From: an uncultured Desulfobacteraceae bacterium
GTDB taxonomy: Bacteria; Desulfobacterota; Desulfobacteria; Desulfobacterales; UBA5616
Reading direction: 5' to 3'
NCBI GenBank assembly: GCA_964386565.1
Contig: CAYLRU010000009.1
Coordinates: 13,285-77,284 of the forward strand
DNA: 64,000 nucleotides
Both the position numbers and the translations under genes were made by a program. Under the pieces are notes generated by a model that made no database searches, was not told where the DNA came from, and worked only from the letters and a program-made list of their open reading frames with translations. This document shows positions 18,789-30,486 of this stretch, one piece after another (position 1 is the first letter of the stretch; every line of letters begins with the position of its first letter).

Positions 18789-19721
18789 ATGCTCAAACGC
18801 AACAGACTCACCGTTCTGGTGTTAAGTGACAGAGGTACCCGGGTCAGGCAGATCGTTGCTTCAAAACAACTTGTGTGTTTATTCAGTTTTTTTCTTTTGG
18901 CAGTCCTGGTGTCTTCCGGCTACATTCTTTTCGATTACATCCGTCTCAAGTTCACCGATGTTCAGAACAAAAATCTTGAAAAGATCGTACTCCGCCAGGA
19001 AGAAAATATTGCTGATCAAAAAAAGCAAATCAGGATATTTGCCGAAAAGATCAACAGGATAAAATCCGAGTTGGCCAGGTTAAGTGAGTTTGAGCAAAAA
19101 ATAAAAGTTGTCGCCAACCTGGAAGAGACCGACAACCAGGAAGAGATTTTTGGTGTGGGCGGGTCATTACCCGAGGATTTGGATACCAAAAACGTCATTG
19201 CCTCCGGTCATAATGCCCTGCTTCGGGAGATGCATGACCAGATGGACCAGCTTGAAATGATTTCAGTATACCATAAGAAATCGTTTGAGCAACTGCTGGA
19301 CATGTTGAAAGACAGGGAGAACCTACTTGCCTCCACACCTTCTATTCGTCCTACGTCCGGCTGGATTTCTTCAAGATTCGGTTACCGGAAAAGCCCGTTT
19401 ACCGGAAAGAGAGAATTTCACAAAGGTCTGGATATCGCCGCTCCCAAAGGAACCGAGATACGGGCTACCGCCGACGGCGTCATCAGTTTCTCCGGGAAAA
19501 AGGGTTTGTTGGGTAAAATGATCATCATTGATCATGGACATGGAATGGTGACGCGTTATGCCCATATTGATACACTTCTTAAAAAAAGGGGTGAGTCCGT
19601 GGAGCGGGGAGAAGTTATCGGACTGGTTGGAAATTCGGGCCGGAGCACCGGTTCCCACCTCCATTACGAGGTTTTGCTGAACGGCATTCAGGTGAATCCG
19701 GAAAAATATATCCTCAATTAA
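18789..19721 (+). CDS. M23 (LytM-domain) peptidase with an N-terminal TM segment and coiled coil (EnvC/NlpD-like)
   Basis: Motifs HKGLDIAAPKGTEI and GNSGRSTGSHLHYEV. Confidence 0.85.
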   Translation: MLKRNRLTVLVLSDRGTRVRQIVASKQLVCLFSFFLLAVLVSSGYILFDYIRLKFTDVQNKNLEKIVLRQEENIADQKKQIRIFAEKINRIKSELARLSEFEQKIKVVANLEETDNQEEIFGVGGSLPEDLDTKNVIASGHNALLREMHDQMDQLEMISVYHKKSFEQLLDMLKDRENLLASTPSIRPTSGWISSRFGYRKSPFTGKREFHKGLDIAAPKGTEIRATADGVISFSGKKGLLGKMIIIDHGHGMVTRYAHIDTLLKKRGESVERGEVIGLVGNSGRSTGSHLHYEVLLNGIQVNPEKYILN

Positions 19722-19976
19722 CGCCTTGCCATATCGGGGTATCCGCAAGATCTCTCCAAGTGTTCCTTTGGTTATGTAAAAACCTGATAAACGAAATATT
19801 AAGCCGAGAAATGTCGTCTGAGTTCTTTTTTCAGTATATGGGCATCTGCCATCGGCATATTAACCTGTTGATTCCTTTCCTGCGTAAATGATAATGAATG
19901 AAAAAAACGATTAAACGGATTCAAATGCGATGATGCCAAGGTACGATACCGGAGCTTCAGGAGGATTACACAGCAA

Positions 19977-22511
19977 ATGATAGCCAGATTACTGACCAAA
20001 ATATTCGGGAGTAAGAACGAACGGGAATTAAAAAAACTTCAGCCCATCATTCAAGCCATTAATGAACTGGAACCCAAATTTCGTCAAATGTCCGATGAGG
20101 AGCTTAAAAGACAGACGGATATCTTTAAACAACGGATAGAAAACGGCGAATCCCTTGATGAATTGATTCCGGAAACGTTTGCGACAGTTCGGGAAGCATC
20201 CGTCCGTACCGTAAACATGCGTCATTTTGATGTTCAGCTTATCGGTGGAATCGTCCTGCACAGGGGCCAGATCGCGGAAATGAAAACCGGGGAAGGGAAA
20301 ACCCTGGTGGCAACCCTTCCGGCATACCTCAATGCCTTGACCGGCAAAGGAGTCCATATTGTTACGGTCAATGACTATCTTGCCCGACGGGACACGGAAT
20401 GGATGGGCCGGATTTACAATTTTTTAGGTCTTTCCGTGGGTACTGTTCTTCATGGTCTAGATGATGCCGAGCGGAAAACAGCATACGGGTCGGACATTAC
20501 TTACGGTACGAATAATGAATTCGGGTTCGATTATCTCAGGGATAATATGAAATTCAACCATGAGGCCATTGTCCAGAAATATCTTAATTTCGCCATTGTG
20601 GACGAAGTCGACAGCATTTTGATTGATGAGGCCAGAACCCCTCTGATCATATCCGGTCCTGCTGAAAAATCGACCCATCTGTATTACCAGGTCAACACGA
20701 TTATTCCCAAATTAACCCGGGACAAGGACTACACCATTGATGAAAAAGCCCGTAATGCCGTTATGACAGAGGAAGGTATTGCCAAGTGTGAAAAACTCCT
20801 TCAGGTGGATAATTTATATGACCCCAAATATATCGAGCTGCTGCATCACATCAATCAGGCGTTAAAAGCACACACGCTGTTCAAGAGAGACGTCGATTAC
20901 ATTGTGAAAAACGGGGAGGTCATTATCGTAGATGAGTTTACCGGTCGGTTGATGCCGGGACGGCGATACAGCGAAGGATTACACCAGGCCTTGGAGGCAA
21001 AGGAAAACGTAAAAATCGAAAATGAAAACCAGACCCTGGCCACCATCACGTTTCAAAATTATTTCAGAATGTACGACAAACTGGCGGGAATGACCGGTAC
21101 GGCGGATACCGAAGCAGCGGAATTCAAGAAAATTTACGGTCTTGATGTGATTGTGATCCCCACGAACAAACCCATGATCCGAACTGATTATCCGGATGTG
21201 ATTTATAAAACCAAAAGGGAAAAATATGAAGCGGTATTGGATGAAATAGTGGCGCTGAATAAAAAGGGACAACCGGTTTTGGTGGGAACCATATCCATTG
21301 ACGTATCTGAAAGCCTGAGCAAAAAATTAAGCAAAAGGGGGATTCCCCATTCGGTCTTAAATGCAAAAAACCACCAGAAGGAAGCAGAAATCATTGCCAT
21401 GGCCGGGCAAAAAGGAGCCGTCACCATTTCAACCAATATGGCCGGCAGGGGAACGGACATTGTTTTGGGCGAAGGGGTAACAGAACTCGGCGGGCTCCAT
21501 ATCCTGGGAACGGAACGGCATGAATCCAGACGGATCGACAACCAGTTGAGGGGACGATCCGGCAGACAGGGTGACCCGGGATCATCGCGGTTCTATATGG
21601 CCCTCGAGGATGACCTGTTGAGAATATTCGGTGGGGAAAGGATTACCGGAATCATGGAGCGGCTGGGCATGGAAGACGGAGAACCTATCGAGCACAAGCT
21701 TATCAGCAGGGCTATTGAAAATGCCCAGGCAAAGGTGGAAGCGCACAATTTCGATATCAGAAAGCACCTCATCGAGTATGATGACGTGATGAATCAGCAG
21801 CGGGAAGTCATATATCGCCAACGCCGAGAAGCGTTAACCGGAAGTGATTTAAGATCAACCATCGAGGATATGATCTTTGAGAGATCCCGATTTATTGCCG
21901 ATCAATACGCAGATGAAAGAACGCCTGCCGTGGATTGGGACTGGGACGGAATAAAACAGGCTTTTTTCAAGCAGTTCGGCTTTCATTTCAATCCGCCGGA
22001 TGATGATACCTTAGATGGGCTGGAGGGAGAAGGGTTGGCCGCCATAATATCCGAAGAAGCATCGAAAAAATATGCGGACAAGGAAAAAACCATCGGTTCG
22101 GAACATATGCGTCATCTGGAAAGAATGATTATGCTCCAGACCGTGGACAGCCTGTGGAAAGACCATCTGTTAAGCATGGACCATTTAAAAGAGGGGATCG
22201 GTCTGAGAGGATATGCACAACAGAATCCATTGCTTGTTTATAAGAAAGAAGGCTTTGAACTGTTTGCCGATATGATTGAACGGATCAAGGAGGAAACCAT
22301 CGGCATATTGTTCAGGATTGAAGTGGCCGAACCCGAAGAGGTAACGACCTTGCAAAAGCGATCTCAAGAACAAAACCTGATTTATTCAAGTGGCGGTGCC
22401 GAGGAAAATCGAAAAAAAACACCCGTGAAACGATCGAATAAAAAGGTTGGAAGAAACGATCCATGTCCTTGCGGCAGCGGGAAAAAATATAAAAAATGCT
22501 GCGGTCAATAA
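19977..22511 (+). CDS. secA: Preprotein translocase ATPase SecA
   Basis: Motifs MKTGEGKT and [19 protein letters not shown], plus the C-terminal zinc motif [13 protein letters not shown]. Confidence 0.97.
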   Translation: MIARLLTKIFGSKNERELKKLQPIIQAINELEPKFRQMSDEELKRQTDIFKQRIENGESLDELIPETFATVREASVRTVNMRHFDVQLIGGIVLHRGQIAEMKTGEGKTLVATLPAYLNALTGKGVHIVTVNDYLARRDTEWMGRIYNFLGLSVGTVLHGLDDAERKTAYGSDITYGTNNEFGFDYLRDNMKFNHEAIVQKYLNFAIVDEVDSILIDEARTPLIISGPAEKSTHLYYQVNTIIPKLTRDKDYTIDEKARNAVMTEEGIAKCEKLLQVDNLYDPKYIELLHHINQALKAHTLFKRDVDYIVKNGEVIIVDEFTGRLMPGRRYSEGLHQALEAKENVKIENENQTLATITFQNYFRMYDKLAGMTGTADTEAAEFKKIYGLDVIVIPTNKPMIRTDYPDVIYKTKREKYEAVLDEIVALNKKGQPVLVGTISIDVSESLSKKLSKRGIPHSVLNAKNHQKEAEIIAMAGQKGAVTISTNMAGRGTDIVLGEGVTELGGLHILGTERHESRRIDNQLRGRSGRQGDPGSSRFYMALEDDLLRIFGGERITGIMERLGMEDGEPIEHKLISRAIENAQAKVEAHNFDIRKHLIEYDDVMNQQREVIYRQRREALTGSDLRSTIEDMIFERSRFIADQYADERTPAVDWDWDGIKQAFFKQFGFHFNPPDDDTLDGLEGEGLAAIISEEASKKYADKEKTIGSEHMRHLERMIMLQTVDSLWKDHLLSMDHLKEGIGLRGYAQQNPLLVYKKEGFELFADMIERIKEETIGILFRIEVAEPEEVTTLQKRSQEQNLIYSSGGAEENRKKTPVKRSNKKVGRNDPCPCGSGKKYKKCCGQ

Positions 22512-22541
22512 TGATGAATTCGTAAAAAACCGAATTCATCA
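22512..22541 (+). terminator. Stem-loop directly after secA (weak terminator candidate)
   Basis: Perfect 11-bp stem, tgatgaattcg with cgaattcatca, and an 8-nt loop. No clear U-tract follows. Confidence 0.35.
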
Positions 22542-22657
22542 ATCGCATTATGCTCTTTACAAACGACACCTTCAGTGATTATAATTCGATAACAGTAGCC
22601 GATGAAGGGGTGCATTAAAACAGTACTTTTAAATCAAAAAATTACAATTTTCCGGGA

Positions 22658-22981
22658 ATGGTTCAAATGGCACAAGAAAGGCCCGTAATAGGGGATGAGA
22701 CAGGTTCAGATGTTCAACAGGAAGTGGATGAACCGCCTTTATACAAGGTCTTGCTATTGAATGACGATTATACCACGATGGAATTTGTTGTAAGAATCCT
22801 CCGGTATGTTTTTCACAAGTCAAATGAAGAGGCCGTTGCCATTATGTTGAACGTTCATCGGAACGGCAGGGGAATTTGCGGCATTTACCCGTATGAGGTT
22901 GCCGAAACGAAGGTGGACACGGTTCATTCCCTGGCCATGGAAAACGGTTTCCCGTTGAAATGCGTTATGGAAAAGGAATAA
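22658..22981 (+). CDS. clpS: ATP-dependent Clp protease adaptor ClpS
   Basis: Core sequence [20 protein letters not shown]. It lies immediately upstream of clpA. Confidence 0.9.
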   Translation: MVQMAQERPVIGDETGSDVQQEVDEPPLYKVLLLNDDYTTMEFVVRILRYVFHKSNEEAVAIMLNVHRNGRGICGIYPYEVAETKVDTVHSLAMENGFPLKCVMEKE

Positions 22982-22985
22982 GGCA

Positions 22986-25226
22986 ATGATCAGTAAAGAA
23001 CTCAGCGCCACACTTGGATTTGCCGTGAAGGAGGCAAAAAGGCGGCGTCATGAATATGTGTGTGTTGAACACATGCTGTTTGCCATCTTAAATGACAGTT
23101 CCGGAATGGAAATAATTGAAAACTGCGGCGGCAACGTAGAAAGATTATGCCATTCCATAGAAAACTATCTGGACCAGCGGATAGACACCATTCCCGAGGG
23201 AAATGAATATGTACTCCAACAGACCGTCGCCTTCCAGCGGGTTATACAGCGTGCCGTAAATCACGTTCGATCGGCGGAAAAAAATGAAGTGACTATAGGT
23301 GATATTCTTGCGTCCATTTTTCAGGAGAAAGAATCCCATGCCGCGTATTTTTTGAGAGCAGAAGGCGTGACCCGGTTGGATGTTCTCAATTATATATCCC
23401 ATAATGCCCCTCATGGCAGTCAGGAACAAGTTGATACAACAAAAGTTCAATCGGATGTTATAAAGAAAAAATCAGACCCATTGTCACTTTACACAACAGA
23501 CCTGGTGGATATGGCCTCATGCGGCCTGCTGGACCCCCTGATCGGAAGGGATAATGAGATGCAAAGAACCATGCAGGTGTTGTGTCGCAGACGAAAAAAC
23601 AATCCGGTATTCGTTGGTGATCCCGGAGTAGGGAAAACAGCCCTTGCAGAAGGATTGGCCCAGAAAATATGCAAAGGTGAGACACCCGAACCGCTGAGGG
23701 ACATCCGTGTTCTGTCTTTGGATCTCGGTGCTCTCTTAGCCGGAACAAAGTTCAGGGGGGATTTTGAACAACGCCTTAAAAATGTCATTGCCGAGCTCAA
23801 AAACAAAAACAACGCAATCCTGTTTATTGATGAGATTCACACCATCGTCGGGGCCGGGGCAACCAGCAGCGGTTCCATGGATGCATCCAACATATTAAAA
23901 CCGGTTCTGGCATCGGGAGAAATTCGCTGTATCGGATCAACTACATACGAAGAATATAAAAATCACTTTGAAAAAGACCGGGCCTTATCCAGACGATTTG
24001 AAAAAATTGAAATTCCCGAACCACCGGTAGAAGAAACCGTTGAAATACTAAAAGGCCTGAAATCCAGATATGAGGAGCACCATGGCATCGAATTTACGGA
24101 CCAGGCGTTAATCGCTGCAGCGGAACTTTCGGCAAAATATATTAATGACCGGTATCTTCCGGATAAAGCCATAGACGTTATTGATGAAGCCGGTGCCTAT
24201 ATAACCCTTTATGGTGCATCAAGACGAAAAAAGATTCACCCGTCGGATATCGAAAAAATTGTAGCAAAAATGGCGAAAATCCCGACGGTAAGCGTATCCA
24301 TATCGGATAAGTCAAGGCTGGAGACACTTGAAAGCCGATTAAAATCCGTTGTTTTCGGTCAGGACACAGCCATTGCTTCTCTGGTTACTGCCATCAAGCG
24401 GTCCCGGGCCGGTCTGGCCACACCGGGAAAGCCCATCGGCTCGTTTTTGTTTACCGGTCCTACCGGTGTGGGCAAGACGGAAGTGGCAAAACAGGTGGCG
24501 GCCAATCTCGGCGTCCAATTTATTCGGTTCGATATGAGCGAGTATATGGAAAAGCACGCCGTTGCCCGTCTTATCGGCGCTCCTCCGGGATATATCGGAT
24601 TTGATCAGGGAGGACTGTTAACCGATGAAATTCGAAAACATCCCTACAGTGTTCTGCTGCTGGATGAAATTGAGAAGGCGCATCCCGATTTATTCAATAT
24701 TCTGCTCCAGGTTCTGGACCATGCCACCTTGACGGACAATAATGGAAAAAAAGCAGACTTTAGAAATGTCATTATCATGATGACATCGAATGCCGGTGCC
24801 AGGGAAATGAGCAGTCAGGGTATCGGCTTCGGCAAAACAGTGTATCATACCAGGGATAAAGGAAAAAAAGCCATTGAAGACCTGTTTAATCCGGAATTCA
24901 GGAATCGGCTAGACGGGATTATCTATTTCAATGCCCTGGATATTGAGATCATGAAGCGAATCGTGAATAAATTTATTAAAGAACTCAATGCCCAATTGGC
25001 CGCTAAAAATGTAAGTCTGTCCATTTCTGATAAAGTCAGGACTTGGCTGGCCCAAAAAGGGCATGATCCCCGTTACGGTGCCAGACCCCTTGCCCGCCTC
25101 ATCCAGACGGAAATAAAGGATGTTCTTTCCGACAAGATACTGTTCGGAGAACTTATGAAAGGCGGCAAGGTGTATGTCAGGCTTCATAAGGATCGGCCGT
25201 CATTTAAATTCAGTAAAGCAGGTTGA
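22986..25226 (+). CDS. clpA: ATP-dependent Clp protease ATP-binding subunit ClpA
   Basis: Two AAA+ modules with Walker A motifs GDPGVGKT and GPTGVGKT. 746 aa. Confidence 0.95.
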   Translation: MISKELSATLGFAVKEAKRRRHEYVCVEHMLFAILNDSSGMEIIENCGGNVERLCHSIENYLDQRIDTIPEGNEYVLQQTVAFQRVIQRAVNHVRSAEKNEVTIGDILASIFQEKESHAAYFLRAEGVTRLDVLNYISHNAPHGSQEQVDTTKVQSDVIKKKSDPLSLYTTDLVDMASCGLLDPLIGRDNEMQRTMQVLCRRRKNNPVFVGDPGVGKTALAEGLAQKICKGETPEPLRDIRVLSLDLGALLAGTKFRGDFEQRLKNVIAELKNKNNAILFIDEIHTIVGAGATSSGSMDASNILKPVLASGEIRCIGSTTYEEYKNHFEKDRALSRRFEKIEIPEPPVEETVEILKGLKSRYEEHHGIEFTDQALIAAAELSAKYINDRYLPDKAIDVIDEAGAYITLYGASRRKKIHPSDIEKIVAKMAKIPTVSVSISDKSRLETLESRLKSVVFGQDTAIASLVTAIKRSRAGLATPGKPIGSFLFTGPTGVGKTEVAKQVAANLGVQFIRFDMSEYMEKHAVARLIGAPPGYIGFDQGGLLTDEIRKHPYSVLLLDEIEKAHPDLFNILLQVLDHATLTDNNGKKADFRNVIIMMTSNAGAREMSSQGIGFGKTVYHTRDKGKKAIEDLFNPEFRNRLDGIIYFNALDIEIMKRIVNKFIKELNAQLAAKNVSLSISDKVRTWLAQKGHDPRYGARPLARLIQTEIKDVLSDKILFGELMKGGKVYVRLHKDRPSFKFSKAG

Positions 25227-25271
25227 TCCTTTTTTTGTCAAACACAATTTTATTCTGTTTCAAGTATTTTA

Positions 25272-25952
25272 ATGCCGGTTTTTTATCTATCGGATAAGAT
25301 TCAATTCCCTCCACCTGATCTGGCTGAAAAAGGGGGGCTGCTCGCGGTGGGAGGGGACCTTACCCGGGAGCGCCTCTTGGCCGCTTACAAGAACGGAATA
25401 TTTCCATGGTACATGGAAGGAGAGCCTGTTTTGTGGTGGTCACCGGATTTCCGGCTTGTTCTATACCCTCATGAGTTCAGGATCTCAAAAAGTCTTAAAA
25501 AAATAATCAAAAAGAACCTTTTTCATGTCACCATGGACAGGGCTTTTGAGGCTGTGATCCGTGCCTGTGCCGCTGTTCGTTTAAACAACGGCGGGCAAAC
25601 CTGGATTACGGACGAAATGATGGCGGCTTATATCCGCCTGTATCAGGCCGGTTATGCACATAGTGTTGAAGCCTGGTATGAGGGAAAACTCGCCGGCGGA
25701 CTATACGGCGTTTCACTGGGCAAATCTTTTTTTGGCGAATCCATGTTCACGCGCGTGAGCAATGCGTCAAAAACGGCCTTTTTTTTCCTGGTGAAATTTC
25801 TTGAAGGCCTGAATTTCGATATGATTGACTGCCAGATCCCCACTGCCCATTTAAAACGATTTGGTGCTCGGGAAATCCCCAGAAAACTGTTTTTAAAACA
25901 ACTTGAAAAAACATTGCAGTCGCCCACATTAAAGGGGAGGTGGGCCCTGTAG
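25272..25952 (+). CDS. aat: Leucyl/phenylalanyl-tRNA--protein transferase
   Basis: Motif GGDLTRERLLAAYKNGIFPWY. It sits in the conserved clpS-clpA-aat N-degron context. Confidence 0.9.
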   Translation: MPVFYLSDKIQFPPPDLAEKGGLLAVGGDLTRERLLAAYKNGIFPWYMEGEPVLWWSPDFRLVLYPHEFRISKSLKKIIKKNLFHVTMDRAFEAVIRACAAVRLNNGGQTWITDEMMAAYIRLYQAGYAHSVEAWYEGKLAGGLYGVSLGKSFFGESMFTRVSNASKTAFFFLVKFLEGLNFDMIDCQIPTAHLKRFGAREIPRKLFLKQLEKTLQSPTLKGRWAL

Positions 25953-25974
25953 CACTGTTGTAAAGAGGCTTCTG

Positions 25975-26316
25975 ATGGAAAAAGATTGTCTTTTCTGTAA
26001 GATTATCAGTGGCGAAAGTCCTGCCGATTTTGTTTTGAAAAACGATAATCTTGTGGTGTTCAAAGATATTCATCCCCAGGCACCGATTCACCTGCTTATC
26101 GTGCCGAAAAAACATATCCGCAGCATTAACGACTTGACAATGGAAGACGGGCCGATTGTTTCGGAAATGATAATGACGGGGAAGGAAGTAGCGTGCCAGG
26201 TTGGTACGGCGGATTCCGGTTATAAATTAATTTTTCATGTGGAAAGGGGAGGCGGTCAGATCATTTTTCACCTCCACCTCCATCTCATCGGCGGGTGGGG
26301 TGGGGATACCCGGTGA
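25975..26316 (+). CDS. HIT (histidine triad) family protein
   Basis: Begins CLFCKII.. and carries the histidine triad HLHLHLIGG. Confidence 0.85.
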   Translation: MEKDCLFCKIISGESPADFVLKNDNLVVFKDIHPQAPIHLLIVPKKHIRSINDLTMEDGPIVSEMIMTGKEVACQVGTADSGYKLIFHVERGGGQIIFHLHLHLIGGWGGDTR

Positions 26317-26328
26317 TGGCTTTATCGT

Positions 26329-27078
26329 TTATATCTGATTGATGGTGGATGCTATATAACCGGCGCCGAAACCGTTATCAATATTGACGACCGCCACGTT
26401 GGAACTGCAACTGTTGAGCATGGAAAACAAGGCGGTCAGGCCGCCCAGGCTGACGCCGTATCCCACGCTTGTCGGGACGGCGATAACAGGGCTTTTCACA
26501 AGACCGGCCACGACGCTGGGGAGGGCGCCTTCCATACCTGCCACAACAATTAAAACAGAGGCTTTTTCCAGCAACGATTTGTGATCAAGCAGGCGGTGTA
26601 TGCCGGCAACCCCTACGTCAAATACCGTTGATACCGTGTTCCCCATGGCATCTGCCGTCAAGAATGCTTCCTTGGCCACGGGAATATCAGAAGTTCCCGC
26701 CGATACCACCACGATTTCACCTTTCCCCTTTTTTTCCATTTTCTTGTTTTCAAGTACCAGCATGCGGGCGTCCGGATGATAAACCGCCTTTGAAAAATGA
26801 CGGAGAACTGCCCTGCCTTTTTCATCGTCGATGCGGGTTACCAGGACCACATCTTCCTGAATCGCTATTTTTTTAATGATTCCGGTGATTTGTTCAGCGG
26901 TTTTTCCTTCACCGAATATCACCTCGGGAAATCCCTTGCGCAGAGAACGGTGATGGTCTATATGAGCATAATCAATATCTTCGATGGTCAGGGTCGTTAA
27001 CCGGTCTGCCGCGTCTGCAACTGAAAGATCCCCTTGGGCGACCCGATTTAACAGTTTGATCAGTGTGTCGTGGTTCAT
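26329..27078 (-). CDS. larB: LarB-type (PurE-like) nickel-pincer cofactor biosynthesis carboxylase/hydrolase
   Basis: Motifs DHHRSLRKGFPEVIFGEGKT and VVAGMEGALPSVVAG. Confidence 0.8.
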   Translation of the reverse strand: MNHDTLIKLLNRVAQGDLSVADAADRLTTLTIEDIDYAHIDHHRSLRKGFPEVIFGEGKTAEQITGIIKKIAIQEDVVLVTRIDDEKGRAVLRHFSKAVYHPDARMLVLENKKMEKKGKGEIVVVSAGTSDIPVAKEAFLTADAMGNTVSTVFDVGVAGIHRLLDHKSLLEKASVLIVVAGMEGALPSVVAGLVKSPVIAVPTSVGYGVSLGGLTALFSMLNSCSSNVAVVNIDNGFGAGYIASTINQI

Positions 27079-27173
27079 GCAAATTTCCTTCCGGGAGAAA
27101 TTATAAAATTATTTTGGGCAACATAGATAATATTGAAAAAAGAATCAATTAAATTTCCAGAAAAGGCATCCTG

Positions 27174-27926
27174 ATGCAGATGATAGCCATTATCCCTTCA
27201 CGATATGATTCCTCAAGATTTGAAGGAAAACCCCTTGCCCGAATTTTGGGTAAACCCATGATCCAATGGGTGTATGAGCGTGTCAGACAGACGGACCTGA
27301 AGCTGTCGGATGTGATCGTGGCAACCGATGATACCAGAATTATGGCAGCGGTGGAACAATTCGGCGGTCATGCCATGATGACCTCTCCGAAAAATCGTTC
27401 CGGTACCGACCGTGTAGCGGAGGCAGCCGAAAAAGCAGGGGCACTTATGGAAGACATCATCATCAACGTACAGGGTGATCAACCCCTGATGCACCCGAAT
27501 TGTATCAAGGAACTGGTGGATCCGTTTTTCAATGAATCCCAGGTCGAAATGACCACCCTTGCATATCGGATTATCGACGATTCGGAAATCCATAATCCCA
27601 AAGATGTCAAGGTGACTTTTGATGTGAACGGGAATGCGCTTTATTTTTCAAGGTCTCCCATTCCTTATTCACGAAATCCCGATGTTGTCCATGATACATA
27701 TAAACATTTGGGATTTTATGCCTATACCAGGAGATTCCTGGAGCGGTTCAGAAACCTGCCGGAAGGAAACCTTGAACGGGTTGAAAAACTGGAACAGTTG
27801 CGAGCCCTGGAATACGGTCATCAGATCAAAATTGTGGTGACCGCCCATGATTCGCCTGAAGTGGACCTGCCTGAAGATATCGGAAGAGTAGAAAAAATTT
27901 TATCAAAAAAGACAGGAAACAGATAA
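27174..27926 (+). CDS. kdsB: 3-deoxy-manno-octulosonate cytidylyltransferase
   Basis: Motifs IIPSRYDSSRFEGKPL and NVQGDQPL. 250 aa. Confidence 0.9.
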   Translation: MQMIAIIPSRYDSSRFEGKPLARILGKPMIQWVYERVRQTDLKLSDVIVATDDTRIMAAVEQFGGHAMMTSPKNRSGTDRVAEAAEKAGALMEDIIINVQGDQPLMHPNCIKELVDPFFNESQVEMTTLAYRIIDDSEIHNPKDVKVTFDVNGNALYFSRSPIPYSRNPDVVHDTYKHLGFYAYTRRFLERFRNLPEGNLERVEKLEQLRALEYGHQIKIVVTAHDSPEVDLPEDIGRVEKILSKKTGNR

Positions 27927-27958
27927 GGGTTTGATATACTGTGACGGATGAGCGATTC

Positions 27959-28804
27959 CTAGTGAATCGTCTGTTCAATAATGATATTCTTGTTCGGATC
28001 AACCGGATTTGTCGGTTCAACAGCCGGTTCGGTCCCGGATGCTGTTTTCAGCAGACGATTTTCCAATGTTTTGATTTTATATTTCAGTGATCCCAATTCC
28101 CGGTTTAAATCACCGGCCAGTTTTGTATATCGCTCGTTTTCAGCCTGAAAAGATGCTTCAAACAACGATTTGTCCATTTTTTTGCTTTTTATTTCTGACA
28201 GTTCGTTGGTTGCCGCTGTCATCAATGCAGTGTTGGCCGCTATCGCTTCGTTTATATCCGCCATGGACTTTTCAAAAGATCGGGATAGGGCTGAAATATC
28301 TGATTTTACGGCATTAATATCTTTTTCAAGGGGTGCGAATCTGTCTTGCAATCCGTTAATAGCGCTTTTGAACGCTTTTGTGTCGGTTTTTGAAGACTTG
28401 AGTGCGTTGACCGACTTTTCGATTTTGGTCAATTTGCCGGATATTTCTGATACGGCGGCATCTGTTTTCTTTTCAAGGGACTCATAATTCGCAGCAATAG
28501 CGGAAAGTCTGGTTTCAAGTTCCTTTGACAGTTTGGTTACCACAATGGCGCGTTTACTGATATCCGCGGCAATCCTTTCCTTAATATCGATGTAAGCAAC
28601 AAAAAGGCCGATGCCGACCAGACACGGTAAAAAAATTGCGACAAAGAGGATTCCACGGTTTGATTTAACAACCTGCGAATCCCCACCCTTGTATCCGCTC
28701 TTTCGCTTCTGTTCATCATCGGCAAGGATGTCGTCACCGTCATCGTCATCCAGCCTTATTTTAAAATTAGCGGCATCCTCGTCATACATTTTCCTTATTC
28801 CCAT
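27959..28804 (-). CDS. Hypothetical membrane-anchored coiled-coil protein
   Basis: Acidic N-terminus (DDDDGDDILADDE), one TM segment (GILFVAIFLPCLVGIGLFVAYI), then a long heptad-like region. Its start overlaps the guaA stop by 10 nt. Confidence 0.6.
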   Translation of the reverse strand: MGIRKMYDEDAANFKIRLDDDDGDDILADDEQKRKSGYKGGDSQVVKSNRGILFVAIFLPCLVGIGLFVAYIDIKERIAADISKRAIVVTKLSKELETRLSAIAANYESLEKKTDAAVSEISGKLTKIEKSVNALKSSKTDTKAFKSAINGLQDRFAPLEKDINAVKSDISALSRSFEKSMADINEAIAANTALMTAATNELSEIKSKKMDKSLFEASFQAENERYTKLAGDLNRELGSLKYKIKTLENRLLKTASGTEPAVEPTNPVDPNKNIIIEQTIH

Positions 28805-30348
28805 TCAATGGTACTCGGCGGTTTTGAACTGATATCATAGACAACACGGTTGACCCCGTTGACTTCATTGATGATACGGTTTGATATGGCACCAAGGAGT
28901 GTTTGTGGAAGCCTGGCCCAATCCGCCGTCATGGCGTCCTTGCTGGTAACGGCCCGAACGGCGATTATATTTTCATATGTTCTTTGGTCTCCCATGACGC
29001 CGACGCTTTTAATCGGCAACAACACGGCGAAAGACTGCCATAATTTTCGATAATATCCGGCTTTTTTAATTTCTTCAAGTAAAACGTCATCCGCATCCCT
29101 GAGGATATTGAGCCGTTTCGGGGTAATGTCGCCGATAATCCGAACCGCAAGTCCGGGACCGGGAAAAGGCTGTCGCCAGACCAGTTCATCCGGAATTCCC
29201 AGTGTTTTACCCAGTTTCCGAACCTCGTCCTTGAACAGATATTTCAGCGGTTCCACCAGTTTCAGTTTCATTTTTTTAGGCAGACCGCCGACATTGTGGT
29301 GGCTTTTGATGACCGATGTCGGACCGCCGAATGCCGACTGGGATTCTATGACATCAGGATAGAGTGTTCCCTGGGCCAGGAATTCAGCGCCGCGGATTTT
29401 TTTTGCTTCCGCCTCAAACACATCCATAAATACCTTTCCGATAATTTTTCTTTTTTTCTCGGGATTTGTAACCTTGGCCAGGGGTTTTAGAAATTTATTT
29501 TTGGCGGTAACAAAACGAATATTGAGGTTGAGTCGATCCTTCAGAGAGATTTTAAGTTTTTCCCCCTCATTTTTTCTCAACAGTCCATTGTCGATAAAGA
29601 TACAGGTCAATCGATTGCCGATGGCCCGATGAATGAGAACGGCCGCCACCGATGAGTCCACTCCGCCGCTTAGGCCCAAAATGACCTTTTTATTTCCCGT
29701 AATTTCCCGAATCTCCTCAACAGCATCAGCGGCAAACGATTTCATGGTCCATGTGGGTTTGCAGCCGCAGATATCCGTCAAAAAATTCTTCAGTATTTGT
29801 TTGCCTTTGGCTGTATGCTGCACTTCAGGATGAAATTGAAGGGCGAAAAACTGTCTGTCCGCATGTTGCGCAGCAGCTACCGGGGTGTTATCCGTAAAAG
29901 CGGTGACACTGAATCCCTTTGGCAATTTTTCAATAGAATCGCCATGACTCATCCAGCAGGTTGTCGGGTAATCGACATTTTTAAACATGGCGTCCTGTTT
30001 GCGTACATGAAGTTTTGCAAATCCGTATTCTCTTTTTTGCGTCCGTTTTACAACCCCGCCCAGAGCATCCACCATAAAATGCATGCCATAGCAGATGCCA
30101 AGTATGGGAATGCCCAGATCAAATATTGCCCGGTCAATTCTTGGGCTGTTTTTTTCATAAATACTTGAAGGGCCGCCTGAAAGAATGATGCCCCTGGGAT
30201 TCATTGATCGTATGGTATCAATGGAAATCATCGGAGGTTCAATTTTACAGAAAACCTTGCATTCTCTGACACGCCTGGCAATAAGCTGGTTGTACTGTGA
30301 TCCGAAATCGATGATCAGTATCATTTGCGATGGTATATCCTTAATCAA
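28795..30348 (-). CDS. guaA: GMP synthase (glutamine-hydrolysing)
   Basis: GATase motifs GICYGMH and HPE, PP-loop SGGVDSSV, and C-terminus ...PPSTIEWE. Confidence 0.97.
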   Translation of the reverse strand: MIKDIPSQMILIIDFGSQYNQLIARRVRECKVFCKIEPPMISIDTIRSMNPRGIILSGGPSSIYEKNSPRIDRAIFDLGIPILGICYGMHFMVDALGGVVKRTQKREYGFAKLHVRKQDAMFKNVDYPTTCWMSHGDSIEKLPKGFSVTAFTDNTPVAAAQHADRQFFALQFHPEVQHTAKGKQILKNFLTDICGCKPTWTMKSFAADAVEEIREITGNKKVILGLSGGVDSSVAAVLIHRAIGNRLTCIFIDNGLLRKNEGEKLKISLKDRLNLNIRFVTAKNKFLKPLAKVTNPEKKRKIIGKVFMDVFEAEAKKIRGAEFLAQGTLYPDVIESQSAFGGPTSVIKSHHNVGGLPKKMKLKLVEPLKYLFKDEVRKLGKTLGIPDELVWRQPFPGPGLAVRIIGDITPKRLNILRDADDVLLEEIKKAGYYRKLWQSFAVLLPIKSVGVMGDQRTYENIIAVRAVTSKDAMTADWARLPQTLLGAISNRIINEVNGVNRVVYDISSKPPSTIEWE

Positions 30349-30486
30349 AATAAATTCGGTTCTGGGTATTTCCGTTTCCAGGTTGAAACGGTTTGCCTTA
30401 ACGACCCGAATATGTTAGAGACAGCGCGAAAAGTCAACTTTATTTTATATGCCGTTCACAAACTAACAATGCGGGATTCCTAAAAA

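Noticed and set aside
19845-19864. The segment gggcatctgccatcggcata upstream of secA shares the 9-10-mer ATGCCGATGG with the inverted repeat at 18521.
   Set aside because: A single 9-10-nt match between two sites in 64 kb, counting both strands, is expected by chance.
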